NCBI RefSeq assembly: GCF_009659535.1
Contig: NZ_VJZZ01000008.1
Span: 1 to 64,000, forward strand
Reading direction: 5' to 3'
DNA length: 64,000 bases
Origin: Aggregicoccus sp. 17bor-14
GTDB lineage: Bacteria; Myxococcota; Myxococcia; Myxococcales; Myxococcaceae
In this document: positions 8,996 through 20,704 of the stretch, in pieces
How the letters are laid out: every line of letters begins with the position of its first letter
How positions within the stretch are numbered: the stretch's first letter is position 1
Position numbers and translations under genes: made by a program
The notes under the pieces: model-generated
What the model saw: only the letters and a program-made list of their open reading frames with translations
The model's database searches: none
What the model was told of the DNA's origin: nothing

Positions 8996-10597
8996 ATGAC
9001 GGTCGCCTCCGAGCACCAGGCCCTCGACGGCCTCCCCCTTCCGCTGCTGGTGGTGCGCACCGGGCGGGTCGTGCACGCCTCGCCGGCGCTGGAGGCGCTG
9101 GTGGGCATCTCGCGCGAGGAGCTGCTCGAGCTCACCGCCGGCGACCTCTTCGCGCGCTTCCTCCCGGCGGAGCGGGCCTGGCTCGAGCCGCGGCACGCCG
9201 CAAGCACCCGCGGCGAGCCCCTCCCGGACGACGTGTGGCTGAGCATCCGGGTGGCCGACGGGAGCGAGCGCTCGCTCTGGTGCCGCGCGCTGCCGGGACC
9301 GGGAACCGGTGAGCAGACCCTGCTCATCCTGGATGCCGAGCGCGAGGCGAGCGCAAGGCGGCTCACCGAGGCGCTTGCGACCACAGCCGGGCAGCTGATG
9401 CGCTGCCGCACGGAGGAGGCGGTGCTCGAGGCCGCAGTGGAGGTCATGCACCGCGAGGGCTTCCTCGCTGCCACCCTGCTGCTCGAGGGCGAGCTCCTGC
9501 ACCACGGCCCCATGCGCCACGACCCGGAGATGGTGCGCCTGGGCGAGCGCTTCTACGGCCGGCCCATCCCCCAGGTCCCCTTCCCGCGCGCCTCGCTGCC
9601 CTACCTGGCGAAGGTGCTCGAGACGGGCAAGGCCTGCTACCACCAGGACTACTTGCGCGAGCTGGAGGGCTTCCACCCGCCGGAGCTCATCGCGCTCTTC
9701 CGCCAGAGCTACCCGAGCATCCGCGGGCTGAGCGCGCCCTTCTTCGTGGAGGGCCGCGTGCGCGGCGTCATCGCGGTGCAGAGCCAGGCGCTCACCCCGA
9801 CGAGCGCCGCCACGCTGGGGCTCTTCGCGCAGCAGGTGGGCGCGGCCCTGGAGAACGTGCGCCACCACCGGGCAGCGGCCGCGCGCCTCGCAGAGCTGAA
9901 CCAGCTGCAGCGTGACCTGGTGGACCGCGAGCGGCTCGCCTTGCTCGGCGAGGTGGGCGCGGTCGTGGCCCACGAGGTGCGCAACCCCCTGGGTGCCATC
10001 CTGAACGCGGCCGCCATCCTGCGCCGCGAGGCGCGCCCCGGCAGCGCCTCGGCGAGCGCGGTGCAGATGCTGGAGGAGGAGGCGCTGCGGCTGGAGGCCG
10101 TGGTGCGCGACCTGCTCGAGGTGGTGCGTCCGCTGGAGCCGCGGCTGCGCCCGCTGCCACTCGGCGAGCACGTGCGGCGCGCGCTCGAGGCCGCCGAGCA
10201 GCGCGGCGAGGCGGGCCCCGGCCGGCTCACCTACGGCGAGGAGCCGGGCCTGCCGCCCGTGTCGGCGGACCCGGCGCTGCTGGAGCTCGCGCTGGAGAAC
10301 CTGCTGCGCAATTCCCTGCAGGCCTCGCCCGAAACGAGCCCGGTGGAGGTGCGGCTCGCGCGCGCGCCCGGCGGCGTGTGCCTGTCCGTGGAGGACCGTG
10401 GGCCCGAGGTGGCGGCGAGCGATGCGCTGCGCGCCTTCGAGCCCTTCTTCACCACCCGCGCCACCGGGACCGGGCTGGGGCTCGCGGTGGTGCGCCGGGT
10501 GGTGCTCGCCCAGGGCGGCAGCGTGCGCGCCGGCCCACGCGAGGGCGGCGGCGCGCGCTTCGAGCTCACCCTGCCGGCGGCGAGCGGCGAGACCTGA
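8996..10597 (+). CDS. PAS/GAF-domain sensor histidine kinase
   Basis: H-box AHEVRNPLGAI, N/G boxes (LLRNSLQAS, GTGLGLAVV); no cognate response regulator adjacent. Confidence 0.7.
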   Translation: MTVASEHQALDGLPLPLLVVRTGRVVHASPALEALVGISREELLELTAGDLFARFLPAERAWLEPRHAASTRGEPLPDDVWLSIRVADGSERSLWCRALPGPGTGEQTLLILDAEREASARRLTEALATTAGQLMRCRTEEAVLEAAVEVMHREGFLAATLLLEGELLHHGPMRHDPEMVRLGERFYGRPIPQVPFPRASLPYLAKVLETGKACYHQDYLRELEGFHPPELIALFRQSYPSIRGLSAPFFVEGRVRGVIAVQSQALTPTSAATLGLFAQQVGAALENVRHHRAAAARLAELNQLQRDLVDRERLALLGEVGAVVAHEVRNPLGAILNAAAILRREARPGSASASAVQMLEEEALRLEAVVRDLLEVVRPLEPRLRPLPLGEHVRRALEAAEQRGEAGPGRLTYGEEPGLPPVSADPALLELALENLLRNSLQASPETSPVEVRLARAPGGVCLSVEDRGPEVAASDALRAFEPFFTTRATGTGLGLAVVRRVVLAQGGSVRAGPREGGGARFELTLPAASGET

Positions 10598-10662
10598 GGC
10601 GCCGGGCCCGCGCGCCGCGCGGGGCGTGGGCCGGAGTCTGGCGGGACGCCGGGGACGTCGCT

Positions 10663-11160
10663 TCAGCGGCGAGCCACAGGGGCCGAGCGCACGTCACGCC
10701 GGGCGAGCTCGATCAGCTCCGCGAGGAGGCCACTCTTGCGCGCGAGGCTCGCGCGGTCGGTGCGCCCCTCGAGCGGCCGCAGCTCGCTCGCAATGGCGCG
10801 CAGCCGCGTGAGCTCGCGCGACTCGCGGCGCACTTCGCCTGCGCCGCGGCGCCCCGTGCTCCAGGTGGCCTCGGACACCTCGCCCCGCGTCTCGCGCAGC
10901 TCGGAGTCCAGGTAGCGCGCCAGCTCGGCATCCACCGCACGCAGCTCACGGCGGTCCACGGTGCGCCGCGCACGCTCGAAGCGCGCCTTCAGGGCCCCGA
11001 GGTCGCTGCGCTCCCAGCGCTCCTCGCGGATCGTGTTGCGCTCCGCGACGACGGGGCTCGCGGCGTGGGCGCGCGCCTGCGGGGGCGGCGTCGAGGCCGC
11101 TGCGACACCGGAGACGACGGAGCTGAAGACGAGGGCTGCAACCATCAGGGACTTGCGCAT
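10663..11160 (-). CDS. Secreted Arg/Glu-rich helical hypothetical protein
   Basis: Signal peptide MRKSLMVAALVFSSVVSGVAAA; start trimmed to ATG 11160. Confidence 0.4.
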   Translation of the reverse strand: MRKSLMVAALVFSSVVSGVAAASTPPPQARAHAASPVVAERNTIREERWERSDLGALKARFERARRTVDRRELRAVDAELARYLDSELRETRGEVSEATWSTGRRGAGEVRRESRELTRLRAIASELRPLEGRTDRASLARKSGLLAELIELARRDVRSAPVARR

Positions 11161-11378
11161 CACGGGGCACCTCCTGGGCTTCGGGTGACGCAGGACCGGA
11201 AGAGCAAGCGCGGTGCCACCCGTGCTCTCGGGCACTTGCGGCCTCCGCTCCTCGACGGACTGCGGCTCCCGCAAGCGGGGCGCTGCGGATTCCGCAGTCG
11301 CACGGAGGCCCACACGCGGCGCCATGCCCATTGCACCGTGCCGGCGGATGCCGCTATGGGGTCGCAGCGAAGGCCCCG

Positions 11379-12296
11379 ATGACGATCCGCAAGCTCACAG
11401 TCACCGCAGAGAACGCCGGCAAGCGCCTGGACCAGTTCCTGATGGTGGCGCTGCCGGGCACCGCGCTCGCCCGCGCGCGCGAGCTCATCACCCAGGGCCG
11501 CGTCCGCATCCGCGGCAAGCAGGTGAAGCCGCTGCGCCGCCTGTGGGACGGCGAGGAGGTGGAGGTGGACCTCCCCGCCCCCCGCGCCCTCTCGCAGCGC
11601 GCGGAGGGGCCGCGCCTGCCGCTGCTCTACGAGGCCCCCGCGCTCGTCATCGTGAACAAGCCCTCCGGCTATACGGTGGAGCCCGAGGGCAAGGCCCCCT
11701 CCGTGGTGACGCTGCTCGCGAGCCAGATGGGCGGCTTCGACGTGGGCGGCCAGGCGCTGCCGGGCGTCGCGCATCGGCTGGACCGGGAGACGACGGGCTG
11801 CCTCGCGCTCGCGCGCACGGATGCGGGCCTTGCGCAGCTGCAGGCGGCCTTCCAGGAGAAGCGCGTGGACAAGCGCTACCTCACGCTGGTGCTGGGCGCG
11901 CCGCCGGACTCCGCCCGCCTCGAGGGGCCCTACGCGCGCTCTCCGGACAACCCGCGCCTCTTCACCACCCGGGTGGAGTCCGCGCGCCGCGCGGCCCTCA
12001 CCTACGAGGTGCGCGAGCGCTTCGCGGGCGCGGCCCTCGTGGAGGTGAACTTGGAGACGGGCCGCACGCACCAGATCCGCGTGCAGCTCTCCGAGGCCGG
12101 CTTCCCGGTGCTCGGAGATCCGCTCTACGGCCCGCTCGAGGCCCGCGCGCACCCGGCTGCCCAGGCCCTCGGCCGCCTCGCACTGCACGCGGCCCGCCTG
12201 CGCATCGAGGGCCTCAGCGCGAAGGGTCACATCGCCGTCGAGGCGTCCCTGCCCGAGGACTTCCAGCGCGCCCTCGCCGTGCTCCGCGCTCCCTAG
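11379..12296 (+). CDS. rluD: RluA-family 23S rRNA pseudouridine synthase (RluD-like, S4 domain)
   Basis: S4-like N-terminus, catalytic HRLDRETTG motif, C-terminal GRTHQIR. Confidence 0.75.
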   Translation: MTIRKLTVTAENAGKRLDQFLMVALPGTALARARELITQGRVRIRGKQVKPLRRLWDGEEVEVDLPAPRALSQRAEGPRLPLLYEAPALVIVNKPSGYTVEPEGKAPSVVTLLASQMGGFDVGGQALPGVAHRLDRETTGCLALARTDAGLAQLQAAFQEKRVDKRYLTLVLGAPPDSARLEGPYARSPDNPRLFTTRVESARRAALTYEVRERFAGAALVEVNLETGRTHQIRVQLSEAGFPVLGDPLYGPLEARAHPAAQALGRLALHAARLRIEGLSAKGHIAVEASLPEDFQRALAVLRAP

Positions 12297-12300
12297 CCCC

Positions 12301-13875
12301 ATGCCCTCCTCACGCCCTCGCAGCCGCCCGCGCCTCACCCTCCACCGGGGCGTGAGCCTCGCGGTGCTCGCCTCCGCGCGCACCGAGGCGGAGCACCACG
12401 AGGACCTCGGCTGCAGCATCCAGGGCCCCACGGCCCGTCCGGTGCGCCGCGCGCACGCGGCCTTCAAGCGGGAGATCGCCCGGCTCGGGCCCGAGCGCGC
12501 CATCGCCCAGGCCCGCGAGCTCGTGCGGGCGCTCGAGGACAGCCCGCGCTACGCCGCGCTCTGCACGGACGGTCGCCGGCGCGCAGGCCGCCGCCCCCTG
12601 CGCCCCGAGGTGCTCTTTCCCGACGCCACCCAGCACCGCCCGCGCATCCTGCACCTGCGCCAGGGAGGCCTCGGGCTCGACGTGCCGGTCGCGCAGCGCG
12701 ACTGGCCGCACGTGGCGGATCTCCTCTCCGGCCTCGCGCGGGGGCTGACGGACGCGGAGCTGCGCGCGCACGCGCAGCACCCCGCGCTGGACGCGCTGCT
12801 CGCGGACCTCTCCGAGGCCGGCTGGCTCGAGCGCCACGAGGGCGACGCGCAGCTGCCCACGCCGGGCGCCCTCTTCGTGGGCCACAACACCGTCCTGCTG
12901 GGAAGCCCGGGCGCGCGCATCCTCGTGGACCCCTACTTCCGGCCCGCGGACGTGCTCGACCTTCCCGGCTACCAGCCCGCGCAGCCGCGCGACCTGGGCC
13001 GCGTGGACGCGGTGCTCATCACCCACTCGCATGGGGACCACTTCCACCTGGGCTCGCTGCTGCAGCTGCCGCGCGACACGCGCATCCTCGTGCCCGCGGT
13101 GGAGCGCGAGAGCCTCTTCTCCACCGACTGCGCGCTGCGGCTGCAGCAGCTGGGCTTCACGCGCGTGGAGCCCCTGCGCTGGGGCGAGTCGCGGCAGGTG
13201 GGCGACAGCCTGGTGCGCGCCCTGCCCTTCCACGGCGAGCAGCCCACGGACGGCGAGGGGCTCTACCCGGGCCTCTTCAACGAGGGCAACGCCTGGCTCG
13301 TGCGCACGCCGGACTTCTCGGCGGCCTTCTACGCGGACGCGGGGCACGACGTGCGCGGAGACATGCGCGAGGTGTCCCGCCGCGTGCGCGAGGAGGCGCC
13401 CGTGGACGTGCTCTTCTGCGGCATCCGGGGCTTTCGCCTCAAGCCCCTGTTCTTCGGCTTCACCACGCTCGAGGCCTTCCTCGTCAACGTGCCCGCGGAC
13501 GCGCTCACGCGGCCCCAGCAGCTCATGGCGGGGCCCGAGGAGGCGCTGCACTTCGGCGAGCTGCTCGGCGCGCGCTACGTGGTGCCCTGCGCGGACGGCG
13601 GCGCGCCCTGGTACTGGCGCGAGGGAATGGGCCCGCGCTACCCCGGCTACGCCGGCAGCCCCGTCGAGGGCGCGAGCCACCTCGACGAGAACCCCGACGC
13701 CGACCCCTTCCCCGAGCGCCTGCAGGACGTGGCGAAGGCGCGCGGGGCCGGCCCCCGCCCGCTCCTGCTCCGTCCCGGCGAGGCCTTCCGCTGGCGGGGG
13801 CGCAGCGCGCCAGAGCTCGTGCGCCAGCCACCGTTCGAGTGGCCGTACGAGTCGACTCCGGCCAGGCAAGCGTAG
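12301..13875 (+). CDS. Metallo-beta-lactamase-fold hydrolase with a ~190-aa N-terminal domain of unknown function
   Basis: THSHGDH zinc-binding motif. Confidence 0.6.
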   Translation: MPSSRPRSRPRLTLHRGVSLAVLASARTEAEHHEDLGCSIQGPTARPVRRAHAAFKREIARLGPERAIAQARELVRALEDSPRYAALCTDGRRRAGRRPLRPEVLFPDATQHRPRILHLRQGGLGLDVPVAQRDWPHVADLLSGLARGLTDAELRAHAQHPALDALLADLSEAGWLERHEGDAQLPTPGALFVGHNTVLLGSPGARILVDPYFRPADVLDLPGYQPAQPRDLGRVDAVLITHSHGDHFHLGSLLQLPRDTRILVPAVERESLFSTDCALRLQQLGFTRVEPLRWGESRQVGDSLVRALPFHGEQPTDGEGLYPGLFNEGNAWLVRTPDFSAAFYADAGHDVRGDMREVSRRVREEAPVDVLFCGIRGFRLKPLFFGFTTLEAFLVNVPADALTRPQQLMAGPEEALHFGELLGARYVVPCADGGAPWYWREGMGPRYPGYAGSPVEGASHLDENPDADPFPERLQDVAKARGAGPRPLLLRPGEAFRWRGRSAPELVRQPPFEWPYESTPARQA

Positions 13876-13901
13876 ACGGCTGGACAGCTTCCTCACGGGA
13901 C

Positions 13902-15575
<1,674 letters not shown>

Positions 15576-15601
15576 AGGCCCCACCCAACGAAGGAGCGAC
15601 C

Positions 15602-16036
15602 ATGGCCGAGGCAAATGACGAGGCTGCGCTCCACGCGCTCATCGACGAGCGCGTGCGCGCCGTGCGGAAGAAGGACCTCGAGGGCGTCCTCGCCCAGTAC
15701 GCCGCGGACGTCACCACCTTCGACCTGGTGCTCCCGCTCGAGAACAGCGGCGTGGACGCCGTGCGCCGCCGCCTCACCGAGTGGTTCGGCTCCTTCACCA
15801 CGGACATCGGCTACGAGTTGAGGGACCTCCGGCTGCAGTGCGCGGGGGACCTCGCCTTCGATACCCACCTCACGCACGTGCACGGCACCCACCGCACGGG
15901 CCAGCGCATCGACATGTGGTTTCGCGAGACGGTGGGCTACCGCAAGCAGGGCGGCCGCTGGAGCGTCGTCCACCAGCACAGCTCGGTCCCCTTCGACATG
16001 ACCAACGGCCAGGCGCGCATCGACCTGAAGCCCTGA
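15602..16036 (+). CDS. SnoaL-like / NTF2-like (DUF4440) protein
   Basis: ATG preceded by AAGGAG Shine-Dalgarno; NTF2-like fold pattern; 144 aa. Confidence 0.5.
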   Translation: MAEANDEAALHALIDERVRAVRKKDLEGVLAQYAADVTTFDLVLPLENSGVDAVRRRLTEWFGSFTTDIGYELRDLRLQCAGDLAFDTHLTHVHGTHRTGQRIDMWFRETVGYRKQGGRWSVVHQHSSVPFDMTNGQARIDLKP

Positions 16037-16047
16037 GGGCAGACGGC

Positions 16048-16953
16048 TCAGGCGCGCGCGCTGCGCAGCACCATGACCTCGGAGTGCTCTCCGCGGAGCT
16101 CGGACAGCGCGAGCGCTCCGCCCTCGACCTCGCCGAGGAAGTGCTCGCCGAAGCCGTTGCGGGGCCCGGACGCGTACACCGTGATGTCCTTCTCGCACGC
16201 GAGCCTGCCCAGCGCCTGCGCGACGGCCTGCGCCACCTCGCCGTGGAACGGGTAGTACAGGTAGAAGATCGAGCCGCGCGAGAGGTCCACCTCGCGCACG
16301 TCCGCGTGCTCGAAGTGTGCGTTGCCCAGCCCCAGCTGCGCCGCGACGCTCCGTGCGGAGGCGACGTACGCGCCGCCGTACTCCACGCCGAGCACGCGCG
16401 TGACAGTGCTCGCAGCCACGGTGAGCGCCACCTTGCCCCCACCCGAGCCCAGATCGAACACCACGTCGTCGGCCGTGGGCTGCGTCACCGCGAGGAAGTC
16501 CGAGACGCGGCTCGCGCGCGACGACATGTTCGGCATGCCGAAGGCTGGGCGTTCCTCACCCAGCGTGTAGCGCGCGAGCTGGAAGAGCGCGTCCAGGTAG
16601 TCGTCCGCGGGCGTCCCGCCGCCCTCCGCATTCGGGATGAACCCGAGTGTCTCCCACCCCGCGCGAAAGAGCGCGGGGCCGAGCTCGCCGCGCCGCACGC
16701 AGCCGGCGAGCCGCCCGCCCTCCTGCGTCAGCGCATCGCGCACGTCATCCTCGCGCCGGACGAACGCCGCCCACACGGCCTCGGCCGCTGGGTGTGCGAG
16801 GACGTCCAGCGCGAGGAGCGCAGGCTCCACGTTCTCGCGAACGAACTGCAGGCGCTCGGCGAGGTGCCACAGCGCCCCCAGCTCGAGCGCGCTCAACTCC
16901 GAAGGCGCGAGGAGCGCGTGCACCCGCTCGATCCACCAAGGTCCGCGGGTCAT
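16048..16953 (-). CDS. Class I SAM-dependent methyltransferase
   Basis: Motif I VFDLGSGGG; start trimmed to ATG 16953 (the upstream part of the ORF runs through the tRNA). Confidence 0.55.
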   Translation of the reverse strand: MTRGPWWIERVHALLAPSELSALELGALWHLAERLQFVRENVEPALLALDVLAHPAAEAVWAAFVRREDDVRDALTQEGGRLAGCVRRGELGPALFRAGWETLGFIPNAEGGGTPADDYLDALFQLARYTLGEERPAFGMPNMSSRASRVSDFLAVTQPTADDVVFDLGSGGGKVALTVAASTVTRVLGVEYGGAYVASARSVAAQLGLGNAHFEHADVREVDLSRGSIFYLYYPFHGEVAQAVAQALGRLACEKDITVYASGPRNGFGEHFLGEVEGGALALSELRGEHSEVMVLRSARA

Positions 16954-17057
16954 GGCAGGGCACACTGAGCGCTGCGCACAGGGGTCCTCAAGGTCCGGTG
17001 TACGCCTGCGCAGCGAGCCCGTCGGCCCGGCGTGCGAGCGGGCTCCCGAAAGATCTC

Positions 17058-17088
17058 GGCCCGGTCCTCCAGAGAGGAAGACCGGGCC
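17058..17088 (-). terminator. Hairpin (GGCCCGGTC...GACCGGGCC) plus T-tract downstream of tRNA-fMet copy 1
   Basis: 9-bp stem read directly, followed on the minus strand by GAGATCTTTCGGG. Confidence 0.4.
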
Positions 17089-17095
17089 GAACCGA

Positions 17096-17170
<75 letters not shown>

Positions 17171-17297
17171 GCGCGGGAGATACAGGCCGCAGCGCGCCGG
17201 CGCAACCGCATTCGCACGCGCGCTGACGAATCTCCCGCGGCACGCGCTAGCGTGCGCAGCCCAGGGCCCCACGAGGGGGCGCCGAGGAGCGCAACCG

Positions 17298-18347
17298 ATG
17301 ACGACGTGGAGCTGGTGGCTCGCCGCGCTGATGGCGCTCGGGGCCGCGAAGGCAGGGGCGGAGGAGGACACGGCGTGGAGCGTTCAGCCCAGCGGCGTCA
17401 CCGTGCGGCTGCGCGGAGTGAGCGCGGTGAGCGACCAGGTCGCCTGGGCGAGCGGCGACAAGGGCACCTTCCTGCGCACGGTGGACGGCGGAAAGACGTG
17501 GCACTCGGGCGTGGTCCCGGACGCCGAGGGGCTCGACTTCCGCGACGTGGACGCCTTCAGCGCGAGCACCGCGTACCTGCTGTCCATCGGGCCAGGCGCG
17601 GCGAGCCGCATCTACAAGACCACCGACGGCGGGGCGCACTGGACGCTGCAGTTCACCAACCCCCTGCCCACCGGCTTCTTCGACGCGATGGCCTTCTGGG
17701 ACGAGCGCCACGGCGCCGCCTTCAGCGACCCGGTGGATGGCCGCTTCCGCGTGGCCGTCACCGAGGACGGTGGCACCACCTGGCGGCTGCTGCCTCCCGC
17801 GGCCCTGCCGCCCGCGCTGCCCGGTGAGGGTGGCTTCGCGGCGAGCGGCACCAGCCTCGCCGTCTACGGCAACACGCACGTGTGGTTCGGAACCGGTGGT
17901 CCCCAGGCCCGCGTCTTCCACTCCGCGGACCGCGGCCGCAGCTGGGGCGTGGTCACCACGCCGCTCGCCACGGGCGACGGCGCGGGCATCTTCTCGCTGA
18001 GCTTCTGGAACGAGCGCCAGGGCATCGCCGTGGGCGGCAACTACCACCGCGAGGCGGACCCTGCCGGCAACCTCGCCCTCACCCGCGACGGCGGCCGCAC
18101 GTGGACGCGCATCTCGGGTGCAGGGCCCGCGGGCTACCGCTCCGCCGTCGCGCGGCTGCCGGGCGGACGCGGCCCGGTGCTCCTCGCCGTGGGCCCCAGC
18201 GGCGCGGACCTCTCCGAGGACGGGGGCCAGCGCTGGACGCCCTGGGGCCACACCGGCTTCCACGCGGTGAGCGCCGCGCCCTCAGGCGCCGCGTGGGCCG
18301 TGGGCGAGGGCGGCCGCGTCGCGCGGCTCGTGCGCCCCTCGCGCTAG
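17298..18347 (+). CDS. BNR/Asp-box repeat beta-propeller protein (Ycf48-like), secreted
   Basis: Signal peptide MTTWSWWLAALMALGAAKAGA; repeated S-x-D-G-G-x-T-W motifs. Confidence 0.55.
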   Translation: MTTWSWWLAALMALGAAKAGAEEDTAWSVQPSGVTVRLRGVSAVSDQVAWASGDKGTFLRTVDGGKTWHSGVVPDAEGLDFRDVDAFSASTAYLLSIGPGAASRIYKTTDGGAHWTLQFTNPLPTGFFDAMAFWDERHGAAFSDPVDGRFRVAVTEDGGTTWRLLPPAALPPALPGEGGFAASGTSLAVYGNTHVWFGTGGPQARVFHSADRGRSWGVVTTPLATGDGAGIFSLSFWNERQGIAVGGNYHREADPAGNLALTRDGGRTWTRISGAGPAGYRSAVARLPGGRGPVLLAVGPSGADLSEDGGQRWTPWGHTGFHAVSAAPSGAAWAVGEGGRVARLVRPSR

Positions 18348-18368
18348 GGCGAACCCCGAAAAGGCGAA

Positions 18369-18397
18369 GGCCCCGGTACCTTGCGGTATCCGGGGCC
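18369..18397. terminator. Hairpin GGCCCCGGTACC...CCGGGGCC between the BNR gene and tRNA-fMet copy 2 (possibly bidirectional)
   Basis: 8-bp perfect stem; T-rich tract on the minus strand (CTTTTCGGGG) and TTCTTCG on the plus strand. Confidence 0.45.
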
Positions 18398-18404
18398 TTC
18401 TTCG

Positions 18405-18481
<77 letters not shown>

Positions 18482-18541
18482 GCGACGTGGGAGTGCTTCT
18501 ACGCGCCTCCCACGGGAGCGTCAACAACTTTGACGCCCGCG

Positions 18542-20518
18542 CTACTTCTTAAACTTGGCGAAGAGGTCGGCCATCGTGCCGAAGCCCTTCGCGCCGCCGC
18601 CCTGGGGCTGGCTCTTCTTCCAGGCCTCCATGTCGGCGCGCTCCTCCGCCCGCTCGGCGGCCGTGACGCTGAGGCGCACCTTGCCGGCCGGGTCCACGTC
18701 GAGCACCGCGACCTTGAGCTCCTGGCCCATCTTGTAGTGCTTCTTCATGTCGGTGCCGCGCTCGGTACCGGTCTCGCTCGCGGGGAGCAGGCCCTTGCCG
18801 CCCGGGAACGAGAGGAAGACGCCGTAGGGCTCGATGCGGTCGATCTTGCCCACCACCACCTGGCCCACCTGCGGGCGAGGCGCCTGCTCGCGCGGCGCGG
18901 CAGCAGCCCCCGGAGCGGGACGCTCGGGCGCAGGCCCGGAGGCCTCCTCCTCGGTGATGCGGCGCAGGCCGATGCGCTTGTCCGCCGGGTCGATCTTCTC
19001 GACCGAGACCCAGATCTCCTCACCCTCCTGCACCGCGTCGCGCGGGTGCGCGATGCGCCGCTCGGAGAGCGCCGAGATGTGCACGAGGCCGTCCACGCCG
19101 GGGCGCAGCTGCACGAACGCGCCGAAGGGCTGCAGGCGCACCACCTTGCCCTTGAGCCGGTCGCCTTCGTGGATCTCCTGCAGCGCCGCCTTGAAGGGGT
19201 CCTCCTGGCGCGAGCGCATGGAGAGCGTGATGCGCTCCTTCTGCTTGCTCTTGTCCGGGGAGTTGGGCTGGCCCGCCTCCATGCGGAGGATCTCCACCTC
19301 CACCTCGTCGCCCACGTTGACCACCTCGGAGGGGTGACCGATGCGGGTGTGGCTCATCTCGGAGACGGGGATCATGCCCTCCACGCCGCCCAGGTCCACG
19401 AAGGCGCCGAAGTCGCGCACGCCGGTGACCTTGCCCTTGACGACCTTGCCCACGTCCAGCGTCTTGCGCGTCTGCGCGGCGAGCGCCTTCTGCTCCTCCT
19501 CGAGGAGCGCGCGGCGGCTGAGCACCACGTTCTTCTCGCGCACCTCCGTCACGCGGAACTTGAGCTTCTCGCCCACGAACTGGTCCGGCTTCTCCACGAA
19601 GCGCAGGTCGATCTGGCTCACGGGGCAGAAGGCGCGCACGTCGCCGATCGCCACCTCGAGGCCGCCCTTGTTCACGCTGAGCACCAGGCCCTCCACGGGC
19701 ATGCCCGAGGCGCGCGCCTCGGCGAGCATGGCCATGGACGCGCTGCCCTTGGTGAGGGTGCGGGTGAGCACGATGCCGCGCGCGCCCGTCTCCACCACGT
19801 GGGCCTCGAGCGTGTCGCCCACGCCGTAGCGCAGGATGCCCTCGTCGTCCTTGAGCTCGCGCAGCTCGATCTGCGCCTCGCTCTTGCCACCGCCCAGGCT
19901 CACGAACGCGGTGTCCGCGCCGAGCTGGAAGATGGTGCCCGTGACCTTCTCACCCACGCGCACGGAGCGACGCGCCGGGAGGCCGCCCTCCTTCGCGGAG
20001 CTCTCGAACATCTCGGCGAAGCTCTCCGTCTCCGGCACCTCCTCGAAGAGGGGGCTCGGCTTGGGCGGAGGGGCCGGCGCGCGGCGCGGCGCGGGGGCCT
20101 CGGCCTGCGCAGGCTGCGGGGTCTCGCCCTGCGCCTCCACCGGGGCCTCGCTGCCGCCCTCGGCAGCCGGGGTGACACTCTCGCCCGGGGCGCGCGTCTC
20201 CACGGCGCCCGAGGCGCGCTTGATCACCACCATGGGGCCCTGGCCGCGCTTCTCACTGCCGCCCTGGCGCGCTCCACCCTCGCGGGGCTTGCGCTCCTCG
20301 CGCGGGGGCCGGGGCTCACCGCCCTGCCCGCCTGCCTGCCCCTCGGGACGCGCCGAGCGCCCCTCGGGCTTGCCGCCGCGTCCACCGCGCTCCTCGCGCT
20401 CGCCGCCGCGGCCCGCCGGGATGCCCAGCATCACGTCGCCGAAGGTGGCCTTCGGCTTCTTGGGACCAAACCCACCTGCACCGCCGCCGGAACCGGAACC
20501 GCTCTTCTCGTCGCTCAC
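18542..20518 (-). CDS. S1-domain RNA-binding protein (ribosomal protein S1-like, five S1 domains) with an N-terminal Gly/Arg-rich disordered region
   Basis: Five repeats of the S1 motif (G-x-V-x-G-x-V-x-x-x-x-x-x-G-x-F-V); GTG start at 20518 preceded by AGGAAGG Shine-Dalgarno at 8 nt. Confidence 0.6.
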   Translation of the reverse strand: MSDEKSGSGSGGGAGGFGPKKPKATFGDVMLGIPAGRGGEREERGGRGGKPEGRSARPEGQAGGQGGEPRPPREERKPREGGARQGGSEKRGQGPMVVIKRASGAVETRAPGESVTPAAEGGSEAPVEAQGETPQPAQAEAPAPRRAPAPPPKPSPLFEEVPETESFAEMFESSAKEGGLPARRSVRVGEKVTGTIFQLGADTAFVSLGGGKSEAQIELRELKDDEGILRYGVGDTLEAHVVETGARGIVLTRTLTKGSASMAMLAEARASGMPVEGLVLSVNKGGLEVAIGDVRAFCPVSQIDLRFVEKPDQFVGEKLKFRVTEVREKNVVLSRRALLEEEQKALAAQTRKTLDVGKVVKGKVTGVRDFGAFVDLGGVEGMIPVSEMSHTRIGHPSEVVNVGDEVEVEILRMEAGQPNSPDKSKQKERITLSMRSRQEDPFKAALQEIHEGDRLKGKVVRLQPFGAFVQLRPGVDGLVHISALSERRIAHPRDAVQEGEEIWVSVEKIDPADKRIGLRRITEEEASGPAPERPAPGAAAAPREQAPRPQVGQVVVGKIDRIEPYGVFLSFPGGKGLLPASETGTERGTDMKKHYKMGQELKVAVLDVDPAGKVRLSVTAAERAEERADMEAWKKSQPQGGGAKGFGTMADLFAKFKK

Positions 20519-20704
20519 TGCGAGGACCTTCCTGAACGCGTTTCGGCGAGGCGGCCACGCTGGCAACCCCACCATGGGAAAAAGGCGGCGCACTCTATAC
20601 GCACACCTCGGACGGACGGAAGCGGGTTCGGGCACACCTCGCCCGGGAGCCCACCGGGAACCCTCTGGCAACGCCGGGCCGGCTGCCCGGCTTCCCCGGG
20701 ACGC

